From a virus, in IMG/VR virus record IMGVR_UViG_3300025084_003207, positions 1-64,000 of that record: a DNA stretch of 64,000 nucleotides, one strand, 5' to 3'. A model generated the notes under the pieces. It was not told the DNA's origin. It saw only the letters and a list, made by a program, of their open reading frames with translations, and did no database searches. Below are positions 28,508 to 36,177 of this stretch, in pieces. A program made the position numbers and the translations under genes. The first letter of the stretch is position 1. Each line of letters opens with the position of its first letter.

Positions 28508-29285
28508 CTGCTAACTCCGGCTTAATATGTTCTTCAAAATACATTTTATGACCTATTTCGTTTGGGTGGCCTTGATAATCATCAGTACTCCATACGTCTT
28601 TTACTTGCTCTTCGTATTTGATTACTTCTTGCCTTATGCCAGGTAAGTCTATACTGTTTTCAATATGAGATGTCAAGTGATCATAAATCCAAGTATGCTC
28701 TGGCTTTAAAACTTTTTGTCTATCTTTTTCGTCCATCCAAATAAACATAACTTTGATATTGTGTCTATCACAAAAAGATTTTACTAAACTGTACATAGAT
28801 AATGTATTTAAAATATCTGTGTAATAATTCTGTATATGTGTATAATATTGTGTAGATAGATTATGCAGGTCTGGTGTTTGTGTTGCAGTATCTTGATTGG
28901 TTTGCCATGGTGCAATACTTACCCAGCCGTTATCCTCTTTGGCAACGGAATCATAATCTGTAAACGTTCTTGGATATATAACTCTATCTCCGTAAAAGAT
29001 ATTTGGATTATCATTTAATTGCTCATTGCCAGAAGGAAAAGCATATCTATGAATCATACTCCATTGTACAATCCCAAATAAATCTTTTGCATCAATTCCA
29101 TCATCTAATTTTTGTTTCATTGCGTTCATAAAACTATGTGCTATAAATTGATTACCAGTACCGCCTACACCTTTGGATATTAATTCTGCATCTAAATAGT
29201 CTGCAACAAAATTATTCCACATCAAAAAGTCAGAATTTATTGTATCACTAAAACTACAACCTGCAGAAATAAAATAGTTAGGCAC
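28500..29285 (-). CDS. SGNH/GDSL-fold esterase or O-acyltransferase-like protein
   Basis: Block I GCSFS, block II GVGGTGN, block V DYQGHPNEIGH; probable GTG start at 29285 with GGAG SD (track start 29312). Confidence 0.65.
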   Translation of the reverse strand: MPNYFISAGCSFSDTINSDFLMWNNFVADYLDAELISKGVGGTGNQFIAHSFMNAMKQKLDDGIDAKDLFGIVQWSMIHRYAFPSGNEQLNDNPNIFYGDRVIYPRTFTDYDSVAKEDNGWVSIAPWQTNQDTATQTPDLHNLSTQYYTHIQNYYTDILNTLSMYSLVKSFCDRHNIKVMFIWMDEKDRQKVLKPEHTWIYDHLTSHIENSIDLPGIRQEVIKYEEQVKDVWSTDDYQGHPNEIGHKMYFEEHIKPELADV

Positions 29286-30159
29286 TATACATCTCCAGTA
29301 GTTTATCAGCATTTCGTTGTAATGCCCATTTATTCATTATGTGCAAGTCTACATCTTTCCATCTACTTAATTGAAAGTCTGCATTTGCTTTTGGTTTTTC
29401 TAAAAACATTGTAATATCGTTAACAGCATTTACTTCATGTATGTCGTCCCAATCAAATGTTTTATACATTTTTTCTATTGGTAATTGCTCTTGTGCTTCG
29501 CTTTTAAATCCATTCATTACATGAGCGGCAACACTAAAACTGTAATCGTTTCTATAAAGCATACCTGGTATTTCATATAAGTCTTTGTAGTAGTTCCAAT
29601 TTTGTTTCACATCTTTAACTACATTAAAAAAACTTTCTACATATGGTGTCTTTTTAAAATATACTACTGTGGCCCAATACATAGAAATACTAAAGTCGCT
29701 TATTCTTTTGTATGATTCTGATCTACCAAATTGTATATCTTGCACATCTCTGTGTAACATAATATCGTTTTTGTGTCCCCAACAAGCATTTAAACTATCG
29801 CTGAGTACTAAGTAATCTACATCCATTACTATTGTTTCGTCATAAGGTGATATATCATAAGCATCGCATCTGTTAGCATTATAGAAAGGCAATACTTTTA
29901 CACTATGATTAGTGTCTCTATAGTTGCGATGATTTTTTGCTTTGAAGTCTAAATCTTTTTCAGCAATAATTATATTGTCTATATAATCTTCTACTTTGAT
30001 GTTTTTAGATGTGTAGTCATAAGAGTTTTGATCAGTAACTACTGTAATGCTATGCTCTCCAAGATTGTATCTAATCATACTTGCTGTTACACAGGCAAGT
30101 TTTAAATACTCAATCTCTTCATTGTTATGAGCGTATAATAAAAATCCTTTAGTCGTCAT
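29278..30159 (-). CDS. GT-A glycosyltransferase (GT8-like), paralog of 27629-28507
   Basis: KGFLLYAHN...YLKLA, SPYDETIVMDVDYLV (DxD), YRNDYSFSVA, HIMNK. Confidence 0.7.
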   Translation of the reverse strand: MTTKGFLLYAHNNEEIEYLKLACVTASMIRYNLGEHSITVVTDQNSYDYTSKNIKVEDYIDNIIIAEKDLDFKAKNHRNYRDTNHSVKVLPFYNANRCDAYDISPYDETIVMDVDYLVLSDSLNACWGHKNDIMLHRDVQDIQFGRSESYKRISDFSISMYWATVVYFKKTPYVESFFNVVKDVKQNWNYYKDLYEIPGMLYRNDYSFSVAAHVMNGFKSEAQEQLPIEKMYKTFDWDDIHEVNAVNDITMFLEKPKANADFQLSRWKDVDLHIMNKWALQRNADKLLEMYSA

Positions 30160-30511
30160 CGAGATCTATGTCTATTAGTTTATGGACTTTGCGAGCCTTT
30201 CTTAACTTGACATATTCTGCATGATAATCATTTGTAACTTCAAAGTATCTACTTAGTAATTCATCTAAGAATACTGATAGATCTTCTATATGGATAGGAT
30301 TTTCGTAGTTGTCTATGAGAACACTATCGTTATATTCTTTTTCTATTAGTGTATTTACAAATGTAATTAGTTCTTGTGATACAGTAAATGTACCACCGTT
30401 TGTAGAAAGGATAAGCCTCGTTTGAGTTTTGGATCTCAACGAGGCTATCTGATTATTTAATGTTTGCCGATAATTGGCGAATTCTAATGCTTTGGTAAGT
30501 CGCTCACTCAT
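30149..30511 (-). CDS. hypothetical protein (120 aa), first gene of the GT8-like operon
   Basis: ORF track; own late-type promoter; AGGA SD. Confidence 0.75.
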   Translation of the reverse strand: MSERLTKALEFANYRQTLNNQIASLRSKTQTRLILSTNGGTFTVSQELITFVNTLIEKEYNDSVLIDNYENPIHIEDLSVFLDELLSRYFEVTNDYHAEYVKLRKARKVHKLIDIDLDDD

Positions 30512-30541
30512 ACAAGTCCTGTGTTGTGTTTATTTACAAAC

Positions 30542-30549
30542 TATTTATT
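30542..30549 (-). promoter_or_regulatory. late-type promoter AATAAATA
   Basis: In a 39-bp intergenic gap upstream of ATG 30511; a second TGTAAATA at 30531-30538. Confidence 0.5.
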
Positions 30550-30550
30550 A

Positions 30551-31447
30551 TTATAAATCTGAGTTTGTAGTATAAGTCGGTGTAGCAACTGTAACTGAAT
30601 AACCGTTTGGCAATGTGCCACTATTCGGTCTATATTGCCCAGCAACACTTGTTAAAGTTCCATCAACACTATCAAAGTATCCTCTACCTGTATGCGAGTC
30701 ACCAAATGTGATTAAAAATCTCAATACAGTCGAACTATCTGCTCTTGCTTGAATTGAATAATAGTTAGTTGAGTATGAACCTGAACCTGCTTTAGTATAT
30801 ATAGTTTGGTAAGTAGTTGTTAAATCATTATTGCCAATACTTGTAGTTGTTCCTGAACTTGCAGTAGTTTGAGTATAATTCATTTTAACTGTACCCATAG
30901 CACTTAACATGTTAGTCCAGTCTGTGTTCTGATCATTAGTTGAACCACCACTTCTACTTGCTGTAAAGTATAAACTTCCACCTGCATTGAAAAATGCATT
31001 TCTAACTGCGGAACTTGAAAATGTTACAGTAAGATCATGAGTAACTGTAGTACTCCATGCGGCTGTTCTAGTACTAGTATCTTTTGCCTCTACTGCTAGA
31101 TATGACGCATCAGCAGTTAATCTTGCATTATAGCCATTTGTAATAGTAGACTGTATGTTATTTAAGTCAGTGTCTTGTATTAGTGCGGCGTTACTTACAT
31201 CTGAAACATTGTTACTTGCACCTGTATAAACTGCAATATCCTGAGCGGCATTAATTATGTCATTAGTGTTTGTGTCGGTAATTGTTGCACCGGCGGCTGG
31301 ATTATAAACACTCCAACTTTGACCCCAACCTTCGTTTGAGCCTCCTGGAGTACCAGTTATTAATAAAATATTATTCCTTGCAACGTCCCAATCAGCGGCG
31401 GTTATTGTAGAACCTGCTGACCTATTCGTCATGGTTGATAATGCCAT
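30551..31447 (-). CDS. Ser/Thr-rich virion structural protein (tail/baseplate associated)
   Basis: AGSTITAADW...GWGQ N-terminus, FFNAGG, W..ML..MGTV, VDGTLTS; composition typical of tail proteins; late-type promoter. Confidence 0.6.
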   Translation of the reverse strand: MALSTMTNRSAGSTITAADWDVARNNILLITGTPGGSNEGWGQSWSVYNPAAGATITDTNTNDIINAAQDIAVYTGASNNVSDVSNAALIQDTDLNNIQSTITNGYNARLTADASYLAVEAKDTSTRTAAWSTTVTHDLTVTFSSSAVRNAFFNAGGSLYFTASRSGGSTNDQNTDWTNMLSAMGTVKMNYTQTTASSGTTTSIGNNDLTTTYQTIYTKAGSGSYSTNYYSIQARADSSTVLRFLITFGDSHTGRGYFDSVDGTLTSVAGQYRPNSGTLPNGYSVTVATPTYTTNSDL

Positions 31448-31502
31448 TATTTTCTCCTAAATCGATTTAGTTGTTATCTTGTGATAACAAATTGTACAAA
31501 TG

Positions 31503-31510
31503 TATTTATC
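31503..31510 (-). promoter_or_regulatory. late-type promoter GATAAATA with palindrome-rich leader
   Basis: Intergenic; leader to ATG 31447 holds three inverted repeats and an AGGAG SD. Confidence 0.65.
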
Positions 31511-31522
31511 AAAATAATAAGA

Positions 31523-33460
31523 TTAGGTGTCCTGAGTAAACCTTTTTGTCCACAAAGTAAGACTGTATTTAACGCCTTCTTCTAGCGGTTCGCACACGTG
31601 AGGATGTGTAACTTGCCCAGGCCACATCAGCATAATACCTCTTGTAATGTGCCTATTTGTAAAATGCTGTCTAGGAAAAGTTAATTCAGCACCTTGATAG
31701 TTATCATTTAATTTAACACTTCCGCTGACCATACTAGCATCATTATGTAATGCTAATTCTGTTTGTGTATCTAAACTGTATCGCATAGCAAAGAAGTCTC
31801 TTATACCATACATGCTCATAGGTGGCCAGTATGCTTCTAGTTGCGGCCATATGTTTTTAGTTAAATGATTTTCTAAATGTTTATATAAACTTGGACATAA
31901 TGTTTTAATTCTAATTTCTTGTGCCGGATAGGCGTCGTCTGGTCTAGGTTCCCACCCACCTTTGTTATCACATGCTCCTATCAAATCATCGCACATCTGA
32001 GGTGTCATGTACTCAAATGCTACAATGTCATCTGCAACTGTCCATATTTTATTGTATCTAGCAATGTTTATCGGAATTACAGAACCTTGATTAAACATTT
32101 GATTGACTAATTTTGTGTATGCCGCTTTGTCTTCATCACCGCCGTTGCCGTGTAACACACAACTGTAGCAACCTGTTTCAGAATTATAAACTTGAGTGTT
32201 GTCCGAAACACTTAAACTATTTGCTGTACCGCTTACACATTGGAATAGATAATTTTCTACATCTAATCTAATATTGTACTTGCCACTTAAAAACAATTTT
32301 TGGTAATATAATTGGTCATCATCTCTTTTCTTGATGTCATTTTTTAGCATTTCTTTAATTACAACTGCTCTTCCAATAAATGCACCACTATTCAAATACC
32401 TATTTCTTGTATGTACTTCTGGAAATTGATCTGCTATACTGTCATCAGGCCATATCATTGGTTCTGCGGCAAATACTACATCTGCACCAAACTGTTTAAA
32501 TCGTTTAATAAGTTCATTTTGATTATCATTTATGACTACATCGTAACCGTCTACAAACATTACTATATCGTGATCGTCGACATTACGCAATCTACTTCTA
32601 AGATAATGAACCTTGTGTCCGCCTCCAGGTCCATCTGCCATTACGCCGCCTTCCCATGGTTCGCCAACCCCTAACATTTCTAAATCTAATCCATGTATTT
32701 CGCAACTTTTAATTAAGTTTTCTGCTTTTAGACTTTCTGTTGCAACTGTGAGTAATTTAAAATCTTTCCATTCTTTAAATGTTGTTGCAGTTTCTGTGTC
32801 AGTCCTGCCAATTTCTGTTTCTCTTTTATATGGACTAAAAACATTGTTCTTATATGCTAGTCCTTTTAGTTTGGGTAATTCTTTAAATTGTGGATACTGA
32901 TCTAGTAAAGGACTTGTGCCTAACATCATTGGCAAATATTCATCTGCTGGTATTAAATTATTTAAGCCTACATTGTTTAGTAACATCTGGGCACCTTTTA
33001 CACTTAAGGCATATCCGGCTGTCCAATAGCAATATCCTGGTATTTCAAATAAATCATCAAAGCCTACCATTTCCATATCCATATTCCACTTTGACAAATA
33101 CACTAAATCAAATTCATCTAGTCTTTCTTCTATTTGTGTTAAATTATATTTGTCACTGCTGTGAAATAAATCATCTTCTAAAACAATACCTGGGTTTCCG
33201 CTTTTAACTATTTTAGACCATGCTATGATATGACTGAGAATACAACCAACTTCACCTGTAGTAAGCGGTCTATCTTCTAATGGGTCTAACCAATTTTTAC
33301 ATACTTGCATGCCATTGCTAAGTACTTTACTGTAATCAACTAAGTTCCCGTCAACTGCTTCAATTCTTTCATAATCAGTGATTTCAAGTTTAGCAAACAA
33401 GTCAATCATGTTTTGATTTCGTTCTGGTCTTCTTTCTAAATTTATATAATAATGTTTCAT
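31523..33460 (-). CDS. GT25 glycosyltransferase + PLOD-type glycosyltransferase + lysyl-hydroxylase-like 2OG-Fe(II) domain fusion
   Basis: GT25: YINLERRPER, EAVDG, GEVGCILSH, LEDD, YWTAGYALS..GA, PADEYL. PLOD-GT: LLTVAT, GGGHKV, MFVDGYDV, FAAE, YLNSGAFIG, DDQLYY, HGNG. LH: FAMRY..DTQ..L.LHNDAS, V.LN..YQG, PGQVTH.H, G.KY. Start moved to ATG 33460 (ATGA coupling). Confidence 0.85.
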   Translation of the reverse strand: MKHYYINLERRPERNQNMIDLFAKLEITDYERIEAVDGNLVDYSKVLSNGMQVCKNWLDPLEDRPLTTGEVGCILSHIIAWSKIVKSGNPGIVLEDDLFHSSDKYNLTQIEERLDEFDLVYLSKWNMDMEMVGFDDLFEIPGYCYWTAGYALSVKGAQMLLNNVGLNNLIPADEYLPMMLGTSPLLDQYPQFKELPKLKGLAYKNNVFSPYKRETEIGRTDTETATTFKEWKDFKLLTVATESLKAENLIKSCEIHGLDLEMLGVGEPWEGGVMADGPGGGHKVHYLRSRLRNVDDHDIVMFVDGYDVVINDNQNELIKRFKQFGADVVFAAEPMIWPDDSIADQFPEVHTRNRYLNSGAFIGRAVVIKEMLKNDIKKRDDDQLYYQKLFLSGKYNIRLDVENYLFQCVSGTANSLSVSDNTQVYNSETGCYSCVLHGNGGDEDKAAYTKLVNQMFNQGSVIPINIARYNKIWTVADDIVAFEYMTPQMCDDLIGACDNKGGWEPRPDDAYPAQEIRIKTLCPSLYKHLENHLTKNIWPQLEAYWPPMSMYGIRDFFAMRYSLDTQTELALHNDASMVSGSVKLNDNYQGAELTFPRQHFTNRHITRGIMLMWPGQVTHPHVCEPLEEGVKYSLTLWTKRFTQDT

Positions 33461-34029
33461 CGCCAATGTGGACCTTCCACCCACGTTACTAAACTGTGTC
33501 TTATTCCACTTGTTACTGGTGTTACTCTGTGCCTGTGGAAACTAGGAAATACAATTACTGATCCTTTATTAAATGCTTCATCTGGTAATTGCGGTAATGT
33601 GTTATCAAATTCAAATCTTCCGCCTTCATAATCACTAGGGTCGCTCAATTGAAAAACCAAACTTAACTTTCTATGGAATGCTCTACTTTCTGCCCAGTCA
33701 ACATCATGATGCCAATCATACTTGCCTGGATTGTCTGGGTCACCTATGTACTTTGTGAATTGAATATCGTTTACATAACGTAAATCTAAATCAAATGAGT
33801 CTCGATTAACTTGATTAGCATAGTGCCATATCTCTTTTACTATTGCTTCTTCTGTTTTAGGATTAAGCCAACGTACTTCGCTTTTACGATACGAGTCTTC
33901 TTGCTTTGCATTTTCAAACCCTATAACAGCATCACGTGGTTCATAATTCTCTGTGGCGTAATCAATGATATAATCACACCAATCTGAACTTAATGCTTGG
34001 TCAAAGAATAGCCAATAGTCTCCTTTCAT
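33457..34029 (-). CDS. PKHD/P4H-type 2OG-Fe(II) hydroxylase
   Basis: YDWHHD, RKLS, DYEGG, FPSFHRHRVTPVTSGIRHSLVTW. Confidence 0.9.
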   Translation of the reverse strand: MKGDYWLFFDQALSSDWCDYIIDYATENYEPRDAVIGFENAKQEDSYRKSEVRWLNPKTEEAIVKEIWHYANQVNRDSFDLDLRYVNDIQFTKYIGDPDNPGKYDWHHDVDWAESRAFHRKLSLVFQLSDPSDYEGGRFEFDNTLPQLPDEAFNKGSVIVFPSFHRHRVTPVTSGIRHSLVTWVEGPHWR

Positions 34030-34034
34030 ACTAT

Positions 34035-34042
34035 TAGTTATC
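34035..34042 (-). promoter_or_regulatory. late-type promoter variant GATAACTA
   Basis: 5 nt before SD-less ATG 34029. Confidence 0.5.
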
Positions 34043-34065
34043 TTAAGTGAGGGGGAATTTTATAA

Positions 34066-36177
34066 TTATTTGACGCCAATAACAACTTCAACGACAGCAT
34101 CATCAAAAGTTTCTTTGTCTTCTAATGCTCTACCAATTATGCATCGCATGTCATATTCGTTTTTCATTAATGCCTTTGCAAAGCCTGGCTTACTGCCACT
34201 TACAAGTCTTTCGCCTTTCTTGATACGACCTTCGACTTTAACTGGCACTCTTCCTGTTAGTGCAACTGCAACACCTTCTGCTTCACTGTTCATTAAGTAT
34301 GCTGGGTTTGTACTAACAACACCAAATACTTCTGGGTCATTAAACGAAGTTGTTTGTGTAACTTCTGCACTACCGCCTAACTTAACAACTGTGCCTGGCT
34401 CGTAGTCTGCATCAGATGAATATATCTCTGCCAAGTCAGCATATTGAGCCGATGTTGCTGTACCTTCGAAATAGTTACCTATGACATTTGCACTAGTTGT
34501 AATATTTTCGCCTACAAATAGTCTCTTTTCAATTACTGCACCACCGTCTGTGTAAAATGATGCACTTGTATCTGATGCACTTGTTGGGTTAGCAAGATCT
34601 TTTAATTTTAATTTAAATAGTTCTGCATCTCTACCATCAATAGTTTCGCCTACATATAATTTTTTCTCAATAACTGCACCACCATCAAGATATAATGGAG
34701 CACTTACATCTGAATTACTGCTTGGACTTGCTGTACTTGTAAGATTAAGTAGACCAGCAAAGGTCATATTACCTGAAGCATTAATAGTGTCAATGTATAA
34801 ATTGTTCCAATACTTTGTACTAGAACCTAAGTTATATGTTGTGGTTGCATCTGGTATTAAATGTGATTTTATTTGACCATTTATTGTAACATCGTCACTG
34901 TTATTATCACCAAGTGTAACTGAACCGTTGAGTGTTGTTGCACCTGTATTTGTTATACTGCCAAATGAACCATTACCTGTAAATATTGCAGTAGTACCTT
35001 TAAAAATAGTACCATCAATATTACCTGTAATTGCCGCGGCGCCTGTTACTGATAAACTACCTGATGTTAGCGAACCAGTGGCAATCACATTACCAATATT
35101 AATATTACCTGAGCCACCTTGATAATTTGTGACTCTGATTGTATTAACTGTTGCATCGCTAATGTTTGATGTTGTTATAGGAAATGCTGTTGTACCAATT
35201 TTTGTTGTAACATTAGCGGCAGTTGATCTAACTTCTGCTGTACCGCCTGTTTGACCTAATGAAAGTATACCATTTACATAAACATTTTGCCATCTATTTG
35301 TACTACTTCCTAAGTCAAATGTATCACCTGAATCAGGAATAATATCACTTGATGATGTAACAATAGATGTAATGCCAACATTACTAGCACCTATAACTAA
35401 ATTCCCTGTAATACCGTCTGCTCTATAGGCTCTATCTGCTAATGCTATAGATGTGTTAGCATATTCCTGCCTTAAATTCATACCAGGACTGATTTCAATA
35501 CCAATACCGTCGGATTCTGCTAATTGATCATACCAATTAAAAGTATCACCATGTGATGAACCTGCGGCATCCTTAACTGTGAATGTTGTGTGATCACTAA
35601 ATATAGCCATAATGGTTTCACCACCTGGTCTTGTGTCACTGGATTCACCGTCATTGACGTAAACTAATGCACTAACGGCTCTGGGAATATCACCGTTATC
35701 TGTTAAAAATATGTTTCTTAATTTTGTACCATATGCACTTGGTGTATTTAAATTATTTACATTAGTGTATTCATTTGATACTTGACCAGCATAACTACTA
35801 TCAACATAAGTAACGCCATTGTGTATTTTTAATTTATCGTCTGTTGTATCAAAGTACATTGCTCCAGCACTTGCACCGTCTGAAGGTGCAGTAGATGAAA
35901 TAACTGGCGATGTTCTCACCCATGTTGCTGAGTTATCTTTATAAACTTTTAAAACTTTTTCATTGGTATCGTACCAAACTTGGCCTACTAATGTTGTATT
36001 TGGTGTAGGTGCTAAAGGACTTGCAAAATTTTCTAAATGCCTTAAACTGTTTTCTGCAAATACTTGTCCATAGTTAGTAACATTTTTACCTACTAACTTA
36101 AGACTAAAATTATTGTTAATTGTACCGTCTTCAACAGTATAACTGGAACCTGTACTTGATGTAATTGTATATGCCAT
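34066..36177 (-). CDS. tail fibre/baseplate fibre protein with C-terminal autoproteolytic chaperone-like (Peptidase G2-like) domain
   Basis: N-terminal LVGKNVTNYGQ..ENSL..LENFA...GQVWYD; fibre repeats IIPD....DLGSSTNRW; C-terminal ADLAEIY..D..YEPGTV...GVVSTNPA..VALTGRVPV. Confidence 0.75.
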   Translation of the reverse strand: MAYTITSSTGSSYTVEDGTINNNFSLKLVGKNVTNYGQVFAENSLRHLENFASPLAPTPNTTLVGQVWYDTNEKVLKVYKDNSATWVRTSPVISSTAPSDGASAGAMYFDTTDDKLKIHNGVTYVDSSYAGQVSNEYTNVNNLNTPSAYGTKLRNIFLTDNGDIPRAVSALVYVNDGESSDTRPGGETIMAIFSDHTTFTVKDAAGSSHGDTFNWYDQLAESDGIGIEISPGMNLRQEYANTSIALADRAYRADGITGNLVIGASNVGITSIVTSSSDIIPDSGDTFDLGSSTNRWQNVYVNGILSLGQTGGTAEVRSTAANVTTKIGTTAFPITTSNISDATVNTIRVTNYQGGSGNINIGNVIATGSLTSGSLSVTGAAAITGNIDGTIFKGTTAIFTGNGSFGSITNTGATTLNGSVTLGDNNSDDVTINGQIKSHLIPDATTTYNLGSSTKYWNNLYIDTINASGNMTFAGLLNLTSTASPSSNSDVSAPLYLDGGAVIEKKLYVGETIDGRDAELFKLKLKDLANPTSASDTSASFYTDGGAVIEKRLFVGENITTSANVIGNYFEGTATSAQYADLAEIYSSDADYEPGTVVKLGGSAEVTQTTSFNDPEVFGVVSTNPAYLMNSEAEGVAVALTGRVPVKVEGRIKKGERLVSGSKPGFAKALMKNEYDMRCIIGRALEDKETFDDAVVEVVIGVK

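Noticed and set aside
31523-33460. Eukaryotic giant-virus origin suggested by the PLOD-like gene
   Set aside because: SD sequences, sigma70 promoters, translational coupling and myophage baseplate genes indicate a bacteriophage.
3417-34029. Bacterial capsule/O-antigen locus or secondary-metabolite cluster
   Set aside because: No flippase, polymerase, ABC exporter or initiating phosphoglycosyltransferase. The block is embedded between a phage ligase and baseplate genes and shares their promoter motif.
3417-34029. DNA base hypermodification as the main role of the island
   Set aside because: Disfavoured, not excluded: no thymidylate synthase/hydroxymethylase, TET/JBP, aGPT-Pplase or dpdA/queuosine genes are visible here, the promoters are late-type, and restriction-site avoidance suggests unprotected DNA.
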